Notes: generated by a model not told the origin, from the sequence alone. Counted from the first letter of the stretch, positions 32,887 to 44,340 are shown. The stretch is DNA of 64,000 nucleotides from an uncultured Chloroflexia bacterium (GCA_963765765.1 CAVXYC010000020.1:608001-672000), one strand, 5' to 3'. Numbers and translations are program-made.

Positions 32887-33972
32887 ATGAGACCCACCCA
32901 GCAGCTTCACGAGGCCGGCCAGAGCATCTGGCTGGACAATATCACGCGCGCCCTACTGACCAGCGGAACCTTGAGGCGCTACATCGACGAGCTCTCGGTC
33001 ACTGGGCTTACTTCGAATCCGACGATCTTCGACAACGCCATCAAGAACAGCCAGGACTACGACGCCGCGATCGCTCAGAAGATGGCTGACGGTAAGTCCG
33101 GTGAGGAGCTGTTCTTCGAGCTGGCCCTTGAGGACTTAACCCAGGCGGCCGATCTTTTCCACTCGATCAACGTCGCGACCAACGGCATCGACGGATGGGT
33201 CTCGCTGGAGGTCTCTCCGAAGCTCGCGTACGACACGGCAAGCACGCTGGCGGCAGCGAAAGCGCTGCACACTCGAGCCGGTCGGCCGAACCTCTTCATC
33301 AAGATCCCCGGGACCCCCGAGGGCCTGCCGGCCATCGAGGAGGCCATCTTTGCCGGCGTGCCGATAAATGTCACGCTCCTCTTCTCGCGGGAGCAGTATC
33401 TTGCCGCCGCCGAGGCTTACATGCGCGGCCTGGAGCGGCGCCTGGAGGCCGGCCTCAACCTGGCCGTCTGCTCCGTGGCCTCGCTGTTCATCAGCCGCTG
33501 GGATAAGGCCGTCGCCAAGCTCGTTCCGACGGAGATGCACAACATCCTCGGCATCGCCGTAGCCAGGCGGACCTACAAAGCCTATCGCGATCTGATCAAC
33601 TCGCCGCGCTACGGGCGGCTCGCCAATGCTGGCGCCCGACCGCAGCGGTTGCTCTGGGCCAGTACGGGCACCAAAGATCCCGATGCGTCGGACGTGTTGT
33701 ATGTCAAGGCACTGCAGGCGCCGTTCACCGTCAACACAATGCCCGAGGAGACGCTGCTTGACTTCGCGGACCACGGCGAGATTGCCCAGCCGCTGGCGGC
33801 CGACGGAGGCGATGCTGAGGCAACGCTCGCCCGCTTCGCGGAGCAGGGCGTGGACGTAGACGCGCTTGCCGCCCAGCTTCAGACCGAAGGCGCCGACGCC
33901 TTCGTGAAGTCCTGGAATGAGCTGATGGACTGCATGACGGCGAAGAGCAACCAGCTCGTTAGCGCGCGCTGA
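32887..33972 (+). CDS. tal: Transaldolase
   Basis: IWLDN, GLTSNPTIF, VSLEVSP, FIKIPGT, NVTLLFS, LLWASTGTK. Confidence 0.95.
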   Translation: MRPTQQLHEAGQSIWLDNITRALLTSGTLRRYIDELSVTGLTSNPTIFDNAIKNSQDYDAAIAQKMADGKSGEELFFELALEDLTQAADLFHSINVATNGIDGWVSLEVSPKLAYDTASTLAAAKALHTRAGRPNLFIKIPGTPEGLPAIEEAIFAGVPINVTLLFSREQYLAAAEAYMRGLERRLEAGLNLAVCSVASLFISRWDKAVAKLVPTEMHNILGIAVARRTYKAYRDLINSPRYGRLANAGARPQRLLWASTGTKDPDASDVLYVKALQAPFTVNTMPEETLLDFADHGEIAQPLAADGGDAEATLARFAEQGVDVDALAAQLQTEGADAFVKSWNELMDCMTAKSNQLVSAR

Positions 33973-33993
33973 GCGGAGCGGGAGGAGATAGCT

Positions 33994-35637
33994 ATGATCG
34001 CCGACACTCCGGCGCTCGCGCAGCGACCGGCCTGGCAAGCGCTCGGGCCACACTATGAGCAGCTTCGGCACACACACATGCGCCAGCTTTTTGCTGACGA
34101 TCCCGGCCGTGGTGAACGTTTCGCCGTTGACGGAGCCGGGCTCTATCTGGACTATTCGAAGCACCGCGTCACCGGCGAGACGCTGAAGCTGCTCCTGCAG
34201 CTCGCCGACGAGAGCGACCTGCGCGGGCGCATCGACGCCATGTTCCAGGGCGAGAAAATTAACGTCACCGAGCAGCGCGCCGTCCTACACGTGGCGCTAC
34301 GGGCGCCAAGAAATATGTCAATCATGGTCGACGGTGAGAACGTCGTGCCCCAGGTGCACGCGGTGCTCGACCGGATGGCGGACCTCTCCGATCGCGTCCG
34401 CGGCGGCGCCTGGACCGGCCACACGGGTCAGCGGATCCGCAATGTCGTCAACATCGGCATCGGCGGTTCCGACCTCGGCCCCGTCATGGCTTACGAGGCG
34501 CTGCGCCACTACAGCGCGCGCGATATGACGTTTCGATTCGTCTCTAACGTCGACGGCACGGATTTCGCCGAGGCCACGCACGATCTCGACCCCGCCGAGA
34601 CGATGTTCATCATCTCATCCAAGACGTTCACCACCCTTGAGACGATGACCAACGCTCGCACCGCGCGTGATTGGAGCTTACGTACACTGGGCGACGAGCG
34701 GGCCGTGGCGAAGCACTTCGTCGCGGTGTCGACGAACGCCGAGGAGGTCGCCAGGTTCGGCATCGATACCGCCAACATGTTCGGCTTCTGGGACTGGGTC
34801 GGCGGGCGATACTCGATGGACTCTGCGATCGGCCTCTCGACCATGCTGGCGATCGGGCCGGACGGCTTCCGCGAGATGCTGGCCGGCTTCCACGCCATGG
34901 ACGAGCATTTCCGAACGACGCCTTTCGAGCGCAACCTGCCGGTGCTCATGGGACTCCTCGCCGTCTGGTACGTCGACTTCTTCGGCGCCGAGACGGTTGC
35001 TGTGCTGCCCTATGACCAGTATCTCAAGCGATTTCCGGCCTACTTGCAGCAGCTCACGATGGAGAGCAACGGCAAGCACGTCACACTCGATGGCGCGCAG
35101 GTAAGCTACGACACCAGCCCGATCTATTGGGGCGAGCCCGGCACGAACGGCCAGCACTCGTTCTACCAGCTCATCCACCAGGGCACGCGATTGATCCCGT
35201 GTGACTTCATCGGGTTCTGTCGGACGTTGAACCCGTTGGGCAGCCACCACGACATCTTAATGGCGAACCTCTTCGCGCAGAGCGAAGCGCTGGCATTGGG
35301 CAAGACAGAGTCAGAGGTTAAGGCCGAAGGGACGCCGGACTGGCTGGCGCCACACCGCACGTTCGAAGGCAACCGCCCCTCGAGCACCATTCTCGCGGAC
35401 CGGCTGACGCCGGAGTCGCTCGGCAAGCTGGTCGCGCTCTACGAGCACAGCGTATTCACACAGGGAGTCATCTGGGACGTCGACCAGTTCGATCAGTGGG
35501 GAGTCGAGCTAGGCAAAGTGCTGGCGGGTCGCATTATCCCCGAGCTGGAGGACACCGGCGAGCCGCCGCTTCAGCACGACAGTTCGACGAACACACTAAT
35601 CAAGCGCTATCGCGCGCATCGGGAGGAAACCTCATGA
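33994..35637 (+). CDS. pgi: Glucose-6-phosphate isomerase
   Basis: [44 protein letters not shown]. Confidence 0.97.
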   Translation: MIADTPALAQRPAWQALGPHYEQLRHTHMRQLFADDPGRGERFAVDGAGLYLDYSKHRVTGETLKLLLQLADESDLRGRIDAMFQGEKINVTEQRAVLHVALRAPRNMSIMVDGENVVPQVHAVLDRMADLSDRVRGGAWTGHTGQRIRNVVNIGIGGSDLGPVMAYEALRHYSARDMTFRFVSNVDGTDFAEATHDLDPAETMFIISSKTFTTLETMTNARTARDWSLRTLGDERAVAKHFVAVSTNAEEVARFGIDTANMFGFWDWVGGRYSMDSAIGLSTMLAIGPDGFREMLAGFHAMDEHFRTTPFERNLPVLMGLLAVWYVDFFGAETVAVLPYDQYLKRFPAYLQQLTMESNGKHVTLDGAQVSYDTSPIYWGEPGTNGQHSFYQLIHQGTRLIPCDFIGFCRTLNPLGSHHDILMANLFAQSEALALGKTESEVKAEGTPDWLAPHRTFEGNRPSSTILADRLTPESLGKLVALYEHSVFTQGVIWDVDQFDQWGVELGKVLAGRIIPELEDTGEPPLQHDSSTNTLIKRYRAHREETS

Positions 35638-36578
35638 GCGTGGGCTATAACCGGCCACTCTACATATTGCCGTTCGACCACCGCGCCTCTTTCCAGACCG
35701 GGCTGTTTGGCTGGAAAGGCACGATCAACGCCGAACAGACTGCCCGTGTCACGGCTTCCAAGCAGGTGGTCTACGATGGCGTCAAGGTTGCTCTGGCCAA
35801 CGGCCTCCCCAAGGAGCACGCCGGCATCCTGGTCGACGAGCAGTTCGGCGCGGGCATCCTGGCCGACGCCGCGAAGACAGGCATCATCACATCCGCTCCA
35901 GCGGAGAAGAGTGGCCTGGCTGAATTCGACTTCGAGTACGGCGCCCACTTCGCTGACCACATCGAGGCCGTGGACCCCACCTTCTGTAAGGTGCTGGTCC
36001 GCTACAACCCCGAAGGCGACCCGGCGATGAACGCCCGCCAGGCCGCACGCCTGTGCCAGCTTTCAGAGTACCTGCATGCCCACAATCGACTTTACATGTT
36101 CGAATTACTCGTACCTGCCGAAGCAGCTCAGCTTGAACGCCTGGGCGGCGACCAGCACGCGTACGACCGCGAGTTACGCCCGAGGCTCATGGTTGGCGCC
36201 ATTCGTGAGCTACAGGATGCGGGGGTCGATCCAGATGTCTGGAAAATAGAGGGGCTTGACCAAAAGTCGGATTGCGAGGAGATCGTCGCCGTTGCGCAGC
36301 GCGATGGGCGTTCGGATGTCGGCTGCATCATCCTGGGCCGCGGCGAGAACGAACAGAAGGTCATCGAGTGGCTGAGCACCGCGGCGGCCGTACCGGGTTT
36401 CATTGGCTTCGCCGTGGGCCGGACGAGCTTCTGGGATGCATTGGTGGACTGGCGAGACGGTCGGATATCCGCTGAGGAGGCGTCAGCCCAGATTGCGAGT
36501 CGGTACGGCAAGTGGGTCGCCATTTTCGATAAGGCCCGAACTGCCGCCAGCTCATCAAGGCCGGCGATCGCGCACTGA
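35634..36578 (+). CDS. DUF2090-type LacD-like class I aldolase-domain protein
   Basis: [37 protein letters not shown]; ATGA overlap with pgi. Confidence 0.85.
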   Translation: MSVGYNRPLYILPFDHRASFQTGLFGWKGTINAEQTARVTASKQVVYDGVKVALANGLPKEHAGILVDEQFGAGILADAAKTGIITSAPAEKSGLAEFDFEYGAHFADHIEAVDPTFCKVLVRYNPEGDPAMNARQAARLCQLSEYLHAHNRLYMFELLVPAEAAQLERLGGDQHAYDRELRPRLMVGAIRELQDAGVDPDVWKIEGLDQKSDCEEIVAVAQRDGRSDVGCIILGRGENEQKVIEWLSTAAAVPGFIGFAVGRTSFWDALVDWRDGRISAEEASAQIASRYGKWVAIFDKARTAASSSRPAIAH

Positions 36579-36980
36579 GCATCCACCCCCCGTAAGTCGC
36601 CCTTGCGCACCGTCATCAAAGGTGGTGATCCGCTTGTGCCCTGACATCCAACAGTACCAGGCTCGGCGACATCACCCGCTAAAGCGAGGTCAAGACTTCC
36701 GCGGGCAGCTCAGCACCAGCTGGGCACGGTCCGCGGAAGCCATCCGGCTCGACCGGGGCCCACAGCGCCGCTTCCTCGAAGGCCCGGGGCCCGAATCGGC
36801 GGGCACGACATTTCCTTGTCAGGAGAGCCGACGTGCTCGCCGCCAAGGACATCCGGTACTCGGCTGGGGCGCGGTCCCAGCGAGCGTAACGTTTCACTTT
36901 ATTGGCAACACTCGCCAACGAACCGGGCGAAGTCAACGTCGCCACGAACCTAGAGATGATCGCCAAGGTGGGACACGACA

Positions 36981-38588
36981 ATGATCAAAAAGACCGGTCT
37001 CTTCACCATCGTCATGGCGCTCGCCACGTTCGTGGTTGTGATCGACAACACGATCATGAACGTCTCTATCAATGCGCTGGTTCGAGATCTGAACACTACG
37101 ATCTCAGGCGTACAAGCGGCGATCTCCTTGAACGCCCTCACGATGGCAGCCTTCGTCCTCATGGGCGGGAAATTGGCCGACATCCTTGGGATCAAGAAGA
37201 CGTTCCTCGCCGGAAGTGTCACCTACATTGCGGGCACCGTTATCGCTTCGCTCAGCACGAACCTGGCGACGTTCATGCTGGGCTGGTGTGCCATCCAGGG
37301 AGTCGGCGCCGCACTGATGTTGCCCAACGTGCAGACTGCGATCCGAGAGTATCTCAGCGGCGAGTCTCGAGCTAAATCGTACGGAATCATGGGCGGGGTA
37401 AATGCGCTCGGCGTTGCTGTCGGCCCCATCTTAGGCGGATTCCTGACGACGTTTTTTAGCTGGCGGTGGGCATTTGCCCTTGAAATCCTCATCCTTGGGG
37501 CCATGCTCGTGTTCAGCGGTGTCATACCCGCTGATGCTCTGAAGAAGGCTCGAGCGAATCTCGATCGGGCCGGCGTTGCGCTCCAGGCGTGTGCCATGAT
37601 TTTTCTAGTGCTTGGCGTTCTTCTTATCAGCGATTTTGGAGTTTTCTTCGCCAAGCAGCCACTCTACATCGGCAACATCAATGTCGCGTTTTTCGGTTTG
37701 TCCCCGGCTCTCTACTCATTCATGCTGGGAATTATCTTCACACTTCTATTCATTCGGTGGGAGCATCACCTTGAAGAGAATGGGCAACCGATCCTACTAA
37801 ATCTCGCCCTCTTTGCGAATGGAATCTTTAAGAATGGCGTTGAAATAGCTTCGTTTCAAACAATGATGATTGCCGGTGTCTTGTTCACCGTGCCGCTTTT
37901 CTTACAAGTTACGTACGGCCTGAATCCGCTTCAGTCAGGCTTCTACCTCTTGCCTCTCTCCATTGCTGTGCTCATATTCGCGCTTCTCGGTGTTCGGCTA
38001 GGCAGGCGTACATCGATGCGGTCGGTCATGCTTCTTGGGTGGGTTACTGTGATATTGAGCGCAGGGATCTTGCTTCTGAGAATGAGCGAAGGTAGCGAGC
38101 CTCAAGATCTCATTCTTGGATTGGCAATCTTTGGCGCCGGCATGGGATTGTTGTCGTCCCAGACAGCTAATGTCGTCATGTCTTCAATCAAACGCGCGGA
38201 AAGCGCTGAGGCGTCAGGAGCACTCAATACGTTTCAACAGCTCGGCAATTCAGTCGGTGTCGCGATACTTGGCACCATCTTATCTGTCACGCTCGTCTAC
38301 AACTTATCGATTCAAGTGGAACAGAGCTCCATAGCCGCCGAGACGAAGCCAACTGTCATTGAAGAGCTTCAAGGTGGCGTGGAGATCGCATCGACCGCGT
38401 ATGTTGAGCAAGCGGTAGCGCAGAAAACGTCGAATGAGCAGGCGGCATCGATCGCAGCAATCTATGCATCGGCGCGGAGTGCGGCGTTCCAGGTAACCGC
38501 GCTCGCGATCGGCTTCTTTGCGATTCTTGCTCTCATTCTGACGACCGCGATCCCGAAGAGGCTGGAAGAGCCGGCCGAGGAATACTGA
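36981..38588 (+). CDS. MFS transporter (14-TM, DHA2-like)
   Basis: IDNTIMNVS, GGKLADILG, GPILGG. Confidence 0.9.
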   Translation: MIKKTGLFTIVMALATFVVVIDNTIMNVSINALVRDLNTTISGVQAAISLNALTMAAFVLMGGKLADILGIKKTFLAGSVTYIAGTVIASLSTNLATFMLGWCAIQGVGAALMLPNVQTAIREYLSGESRAKSYGIMGGVNALGVAVGPILGGFLTTFFSWRWAFALEILILGAMLVFSGVIPADALKKARANLDRAGVALQACAMIFLVLGVLLISDFGVFFAKQPLYIGNINVAFFGLSPALYSFMLGIIFTLLFIRWEHHLEENGQPILLNLALFANGIFKNGVEIASFQTMMIAGVLFTVPLFLQVTYGLNPLQSGFYLLPLSIAVLIFALLGVRLGRRTSMRSVMLLGWVTVILSAGILLLRMSEGSEPQDLILGLAIFGAGMGLLSSQTANVVMSSIKRAESAEASGALNTFQQLGNSVGVAILGTILSVTLVYNLSIQVEQSSIAAETKPTVIEELQGGVEIASTAYVEQAVAQKTSNEQAASIAAIYASARSAAFQVTALAIGFFAILALILTTAIPKRLEEPAEEY

Positions 38589-38745
38589 CCTGGCGATCCG
38601 CTCGTGCCCGGATGCCGCACAGTACCAGGCACGGGGTGCCATCCGGCCTCGGGTGTGAGCTCTGACCGCGGGTAGAGTGAAGCCTGCGGGCTGGCGTCGG
38701 ACCAGACGTTAGACGCAGCGACCGACCGGCGGAAGGAACTGCATC

Positions 38746-39300
38746 ATGGTCTTCAGAGAGCGGCGGGAAGAGCGGCGGACAGAGCGTGAAACGTTTGGCC
38801 GCGGCGGGAACGCGGTCCACTATCAAATGCGGCAGAAGATGGTGTCCATCGGCGACGACTACTGGATCGAGAACGACCAGGGCGAGCGGGCCTTCAAAGT
38901 CGACGGCAAGGCGCTAAGGGTCCGCCAGACGCTCACCCTGGAGGACGCAAACGGAAACGAGCAGTGCCGGATCCAGGAGCGCATGCTCCGAATCCGGGAC
39001 ACCATGGAGATCGAAGGTCCAGACGGCGCCCACCTGGCGACAATTAAGAAAGCATTAATTTCACCGCTCCGCGACCGCTGGAGCGTCGACGTCGCTGACG
39101 GGCAGGACCTCGAAGTTCAGGGCAACATCCTCGACCACGAGTACACGATCGAAGCGGACGGCGCCAAGGTGGCGGAGGTTTCGAAAAAGTGGTTCCGGAT
39201 TCGTGACACCTACGGGGTAGAGATTGCCCCCGGGCAGAAGGATGCTCTCATCCTGATGATCACGATCGCGGTGGATGAGATGGCTAACCCCGGCAGATGA
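38746..39300 (+). CDS. LURP-one/scramblase (tubby C2-like) family protein
   Basis: MRQKMVSIGDDYWIE, VDGKALR, KKWFRIRDTYGVEI. Confidence 0.88.
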   Translation: MVFRERREERRTERETFGRGGNAVHYQMRQKMVSIGDDYWIENDQGERAFKVDGKALRVRQTLTLEDANGNEQCRIQERMLRIRDTMEIEGPDGAHLATIKKALISPLRDRWSVDVADGQDLEVQGNILDHEYTIEADGAKVAEVSKKWFRIRDTYGVEIAPGQKDALILMITIAVDEMANPGR

Positions 39301-39402
39301 CCAAGACGGCTCGGGCAACCGGCACGTACGTGCCGGTTGCCGGGCGTTCGCCCGTGCGTTGACAGCAAGTCGATCTCAACGCGAGACATGGAGGAATACG
39401 CG

Positions 39403-40137
39403 ATGACCGCGCCAACAACTTCCGCCGAGGCTGAGCGCCTGGAGCGCCAGAAGCAGGAAGCCGCTCTGCGCGCGGTGGAATGGGTCGAATCGGGGATGGT
39501 CGTGGGCCTTGGAGCGGGCAGCACCGCCGCCTTCGCGGTGCGGCGTATCGCCGAGCTCCTACAGCAAGGAGAGCTGCACGACGTCGTCGGCATTCCCTGC
39601 TCGAACAAAGACGGGGCAACCGCGCTGCAGCTGGGTATCCCGCTCACGACCCTTGAGGAGCGTACGGCGATCGATCTCACCATCGACGGTGCGGACGAGG
39701 TGGATCCAGAGCTGAACTTGATCAAAGGCGGTGGTGGCTGCTTGTTTCACGAGAAAATCGTGGCCCAGGCGAGCCGACGGGAGATCATCATCGTCGACGC
39801 GAGCAAGCCCTCACCGCGACTGGGCACCAGGTGGGCGCTGCCCGTGGAAGTCATCCCATTCGGCTGGGGCTCACAGCTTCGCTTCCTGGAGAACCTCGGT
39901 GCCCAGGTCACCGTGCGCCAGACGTCCGATGGACGAGCCTTCAAGACGGACGAGGGCAACCTGATCCTCGACGCAGCCTTCGGCCCGATCGCGGATCCGT
40001 CAGCATTGGCGCGCGAGCTGGACGCCCGTACGGGAATCGTGGAGCACGGATTGTTCCTCGGCATAGCAACCGACCTACTGGTAGCCGGTGGCGAGGGCAT
40101 CCAGCACACCACGCGGGCACGGCGTCCGCAAGCATGA
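39403..40137 (+). CDS. rpiA: Ribose-5-phosphate isomerase A
   Basis: GLGAGST, DGADEVD, IKGGGG, EKIVA, LPVEV, VEHGLF. Confidence 0.95.
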   Translation: MTAPTTSAEAERLERQKQEAALRAVEWVESGMVVGLGAGSTAAFAVRRIAELLQQGELHDVVGIPCSNKDGATALQLGIPLTTLEERTAIDLTIDGADEVDPELNLIKGGGGCLFHEKIVAQASRREIIIVDASKPSPRLGTRWALPVEVIPFGWGSQLRFLENLGAQVTVRQTSDGRAFKTDEGNLILDAAFGPIADPSALARELDARTGIVEHGLFLGIATDLLVAGGEGIQHTTRARRPQA

Positions 40138-40680
40138 TGGTTCGCTTAGACGGCGACCTCCGAGTACGAACCCGACCCGTGAAGCTACGCGCTCCGATGC
40201 ACGAATTCGACTCGCTAATTCGGCCGTCTGAGAGATGCTGTTCGACGTCGAGACGAAGCCAGGTAGCGGGACGAAAGGCGCGGTCGCGGATGCCGTCTAC
40301 CCAGCCCATATTGGCATCCGTCAAGGTCCGGACACCAGTTCATGGCCTGCCTCATTGCGTCCGCACCAGCCGCCACAATGGCGGGCGTGCTGGTAGACGA
40401 GGAGCCCTGACTTGATGCCAACCTAGATGCGGCGTGGAGCTCCATCAGTGGCAGTTACGACTGGAGAGTCGAGCGCTTTTTTTGATCGCCCGCAAGAGGA
40501 CGGTCATACCGTACTGGCGGCACTCCGTCAGTACACCGTCAAAGCCTACTGGGTCGGCGCACTTCGGGGGCTCAAGTATGGACTCCGCCCCGCGCCTTGG
40601 TGGTAGCGTTGACGCTCTCGCGGCGTGAACAGGGCACGGACGACTACCTCCGACAAAGGGATTCGGAGGGTGATGACGCC

Positions 40681-41793
40681 ATGCCACGGACACCTGAGAG
40701 GCCCGGCTACGCGACGATCGTCGTGGCAGCGGTCATCATCGTTCTTGGGGGGATGTACGCCGCAGCACCGTTTCTGAGCTGGCTTCTCCTGGCGGTGCTG
40801 TTCGCCCTCCTCTGTTACCCGCCCTACGCCTGGATGCTCCGACGCGGCGTCCATGTGAGCCTGGCATTGACGCTGATCGCGCTCGTGCTGATCGCGGTGG
40901 TTGGTGCCCTGGCACTGATGGTGGCCACCTCGGTGTCGCAGATTCTTTCCAACCTTCCGCACTACCGGGACGACTTGGCCGTTCAGATTGCCAACTTAGA
41001 CGCCAGACTGGACGGGATAGGCATCGCGGTCCCACCAAATGCCGCGGCCGAGAGCATAAATGTCGACAACCTGATGGGCTGGTTCGCCTGGCTGCTTGGC
41101 CTTATCGCCGGAATGGTCTGGAATTTCTTCACCATCATCCTGATGTTGCTGTTTCTACTGGCCGATGGCCCGAGAATGCTCGCCCAGATGCGCGCCGGGC
41201 TCGGCGAGAGCCACCCGGTGGCCATTCGGCTGACGGCAGTTGGCCCCAAGGTGATCCGGTACTTCGGCGTCCGAGCCTACGTCAATCTGCTAACCGGGGT
41301 GGGGGCAAGCATCGCCTACTGGCTACTCGGTGTTGACTACGCCGTGCTCTGGGGCGTGCTGATGTTCTTCTTGAGCTTCGTCCCGTACCTCGGTATCTTT
41401 GTTGCCAGCGTGCCGCCGGTTCTGCTGGCCCTCGCCGAGTATGGCCCGGAGCGAGCAATGCTCGTGATAGCCGGTGTCACGGTCGTGAATGCAATCCTTG
41501 AGAATCTCGTCATGCCGCGGCTCGTCGGATCGAGCCTACACATTGCGCCGGGCGTCGTCTTCCTCTCGGTCTTCTTCTGGGCCTTGCTTCTCGGTCCGAG
41601 CGGCGCGCTGCTCGCGTCGTTCTTGACTGTGCTCGCGATCGTGCTCCTCGACAGTTATGAGTCGACGCGCTGGATGGCCCGAATGATGGCCGGCGGCGAT
41701 GACGACGAGCACTGGGCCAAACCGACGGCTGCTTGGCCCGCCGCACCGACAGGCGTTATCCGCGATGCGACCGCTGGGCGCGACGATGTATAG
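40681..41793 (+). CDS. AI-2E family transporter
   Basis: LSFVPYLG, ENLVMPRLVG, SVFFWALLLG. Confidence 0.9.
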   Translation: MPRTPERPGYATIVVAAVIIVLGGMYAAAPFLSWLLLAVLFALLCYPPYAWMLRRGVHVSLALTLIALVLIAVVGALALMVATSVSQILSNLPHYRDDLAVQIANLDARLDGIGIAVPPNAAAESINVDNLMGWFAWLLGLIAGMVWNFFTIILMLLFLLADGPRMLAQMRAGLGESHPVAIRLTAVGPKVIRYFGVRAYVNLLTGVGASIAYWLLGVDYAVLWGVLMFFLSFVPYLGIFVASVPPVLLALAEYGPERAMLVIAGVTVVNAILENLVMPRLVGSSLHIAPGVVFLSVFFWALLLGPSGALLASFLTVLAIVLLDSYESTRWMARMMAGGDDDEHWAKPTAAWPAAPTGVIRDATAGRDDV

Positions 41794-41913
41794 CCACGAG
41801 GTAACAGGCTAGGTGCGTAATCAGCCAGGCGGATTAGCGACGAGCAGCAGACGCGGTCTATCTCTCAGCCGTGTGGATTGGGAGACTCGCTATACATTTG
41901 ACAGGCAATCGCC

Positions 41914-44040
41914 GTGAGACGCTTCCTGATCCAGCTGACCACGAATACGTTGGTGGTCGCGCTGCTCTTCCCGTTCCTGCCGGGCATTCACCCGCTCTAC
42001 CCCACCATCGGAACCTACCTTGGTGTCGGATTTGCCCTGAGCCTGGTCAGCGCCATCCTGCGACCGGCGCTAATGCTCCTGACCGGTCAGCTCCTGATCT
42101 GGAACGCCGCCATATTCATCATTCTGTGGCACGTGATGGCGTTCCTCCTGGCCGGCTTCTTGGGGCCGTCAGAGTGGCAATACGACAGTATCTTCTGGCT
42201 CCTCTTCGACGCCGTGTTTGTCGGCATCGTAGTGACCGTGGTCGATGCCGTGCTGGGGTTCGATCGTCCGAACCTCGACCCCAATCGCCGACGGGAGGCT
42301 ACCTGGCAGCTGATCGAGCGGCTGCCGGTCGCTCAGCGCAGCCAACTGGTCGAGAACCTCCGCATCGAGCAGCTTTATCAGACGGCATGGAGCTACGGCC
42401 TGGAGCTGGGTCTGGGGCGCGGGCGGATCCAGCATCTGCGACAGAAAGCGAGTCAGTGGATCACCGGCCAGCGGAACGAGCTGGACACGCTGACGGCGCC
42501 CGAGAAGGTCCGCCTGATGCTCGAACAGCTCGGACCAATGTACGTCAAGCTCGGGCAGATCGTCTCCAGCCAGGGAACCGCGCTACCGGAGCAGTGGCGT
42601 CACGAGCTCGACAAGCTGCAGAGTACAGTACCGCCGTTCCCCTATTACGAGGCCTCTGAGATCATCGTTACCGAGCTCGGTGCACCGCCGAAGGTGCTCT
42701 ACGCCGAGTTCGATGAAGAGCCGCTCGCGGCCGCGTCCACGGCCCAGGTCCACCGCGCCAGGCTGCACACCGGCGCACTGGTCATCGTCAAGGTTCAGCG
42801 CCCGAACATCGTCGTCCAGGTCGGGACAGACCTGCGAATCATGCAGCGCGTGGCCCGCCGGCTCGAGCGGAGTAGCGTCTGGGCGCGCCAGATCAGTCTC
42901 ACCAGCGTCGTGGACGAGTTCGCCGACGGCGTGATGCGGGAGCTGGACTACCGTAACGAGGCGTATCACATGCTCCGGATGGCGGACGTGCTGTCGTCGG
43001 AATCCGGGGTAGGCGTACCGGTCCTGTATCGAGACTTGAGCACGGCGCGTGTACTCACGATGGAGCTAGCGCGGGGGGTTAAGTTCACCAAGGTGTCTGA
43101 GGTAGGGTCCGGTGGGCTTGACCGCATTGGCCTCGTGCACACATTTATGCGCGCTATGATGAAGCAGCTCCTGATCGAGGGCTTCTTTCACGGCGATCCG
43201 CACCCTGGCAACCTTTTCGTTGACCCGGAGGACGGCCGGATCACGTTCCTGGATCTCGGGTTAGTCGGGGACCTCCGCCCGGATCAGCGGATCAACCTGA
43301 TCGACATGGTGTTCGCGCTCCAGCAGCAGGATGCCGACGGACTGGCCCAGGCGATTCCGCGCCTCTGTACTCAGACTCGCCCGCTGGACCATGCCGCGTT
43401 CGGCGCCATGGTGAACCGTGTGCTCAATCAGGAATGGAAATACGGCGTCTCCAGTTCGTTCGGCGTGCTCATGGACAAGCTCGTTGCTGGCTTAGCACAC
43501 TTCGGCCTACGGATGGACGCCCAGCTCACGCTGGCGGTGAAATCCCTGGCGCAATCCGAAGAAGCCGCGCTAGCCCTGGCCCCGGGCGCACCCTTGCTCG
43601 ACATTGTTGCTGACGAGACCAAGCTGCTACTGCTCGAGCACTGGACGCCCGAGCGGATCGTCGAGAGCCTCAAGGCCCAGGGTATGCGTGCTGGCATGGA
43701 GGTCGTGCGGCGAGTCCCCAACTTTCAGGAAGCGACCGTCAAATGGCTGGATCAGTACCAGCGGGGCAGGCTGGTGGTGGAGGTCGACAGCGGTGATCTG
43801 TCCCCACAGTTGGGGGCGCTCGGGACCGCGTTCTCCGACGGCCTGCGACGCCTGACCATCGGGCTGATCCTCGGGGCCATGCTGCTTGGATCAGTAGCGG
43901 GCATCGCCATCCTGCAGCCGCTTCTGGGCGGTCCCTGGGAGCTCATGTACACCGCGATGGTCGTGGTGTTCGTGGCGACGCTGGTGCTCAGCGCGACGAT
44001 CGCGATGATGATGCTGCGCGCGCCGCCCGACCGATCCTGA
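41914..44040 (+). CDS. ABC1/AarF/UbiB kinase with N-terminal 4-TM holin-like domain
   Basis: LGPMYVKLGQ, AAASTAQVHRA, VKVQRP, FFHGDPHPGN, FLDLG; hydrophobic N-terminal ~120 aa and 2 C-terminal TMs. Confidence 0.9.
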   Translation: MRRFLIQLTTNTLVVALLFPFLPGIHPLYPTIGTYLGVGFALSLVSAILRPALMLLTGQLLIWNAAIFIILWHVMAFLLAGFLGPSEWQYDSIFWLLFDAVFVGIVVTVVDAVLGFDRPNLDPNRRREATWQLIERLPVAQRSQLVENLRIEQLYQTAWSYGLELGLGRGRIQHLRQKASQWITGQRNELDTLTAPEKVRLMLEQLGPMYVKLGQIVSSQGTALPEQWRHELDKLQSTVPPFPYYEASEIIVTELGAPPKVLYAEFDEEPLAAASTAQVHRARLHTGALVIVKVQRPNIVVQVGTDLRIMQRVARRLERSSVWARQISLTSVVDEFADGVMRELDYRNEAYHMLRMADVLSSESGVGVPVLYRDLSTARVLTMELARGVKFTKVSEVGSGGLDRIGLVHTFMRAMMKQLLIEGFFHGDPHPGNLFVDPEDGRITFLDLGLVGDLRPDQRINLIDMVFALQQQDADGLAQAIPRLCTQTRPLDHAAFGAMVNRVLNQEWKYGVSSSFGVLMDKLVAGLAHFGLRMDAQLTLAVKSLAQSEEAALALAPGAPLLDIVADETKLLLLEHWTPERIVESLKAQGMRAGMEVVRRVPNFQEATVKWLDQYQRGRLVVEVDSGDLSPQLGALGTAFSDGLRRLTIGLILGAMLLGSVAGIAILQPLLGGPWELMYTAMVVVFVATLVLSATIAMMMLRAPPDRS

Positions 44041-44129
44041 TGAACGCCACCTCGCGATCGCGTATACGGGGTGCGTCTGTCAGCAGGCACAGCACGCGAA
44101 GGTGGAATAATCGATGAGCACCATTCATC

Positions 44130-44340
44130 GCCAGCCGGCGCGTGCTCCAGTGAGGTTGCGAGAGTGTTCACTCTGAGAACATCGTCAACTGCAAGGCCGA
44201 CCAGCGAGCCTGACACTTCCACTAACAGGACAGCGGAGTGTCTCGTATGGCTACTGAAGACTGAAGCGTCCAGCCTGAACAACCTGGTGTCCAGGGCCGT
44301 AACGATCTCGCCTTGAACATTTGGCACACCCGCCGAATTG
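44130..44340 (-). pseudogene. CheW-like fragment
   Basis: NVQGEIVTALD...LVGLAVDDV resembles the CheW core; no full gene. Confidence 0.5.

Noticed and set aside
43584-43593. GGGCGCACCC as another ISKra4/MITE end
   Set aside because: Only 10 bp, inside the intact kinase ORF, with no partner IR.
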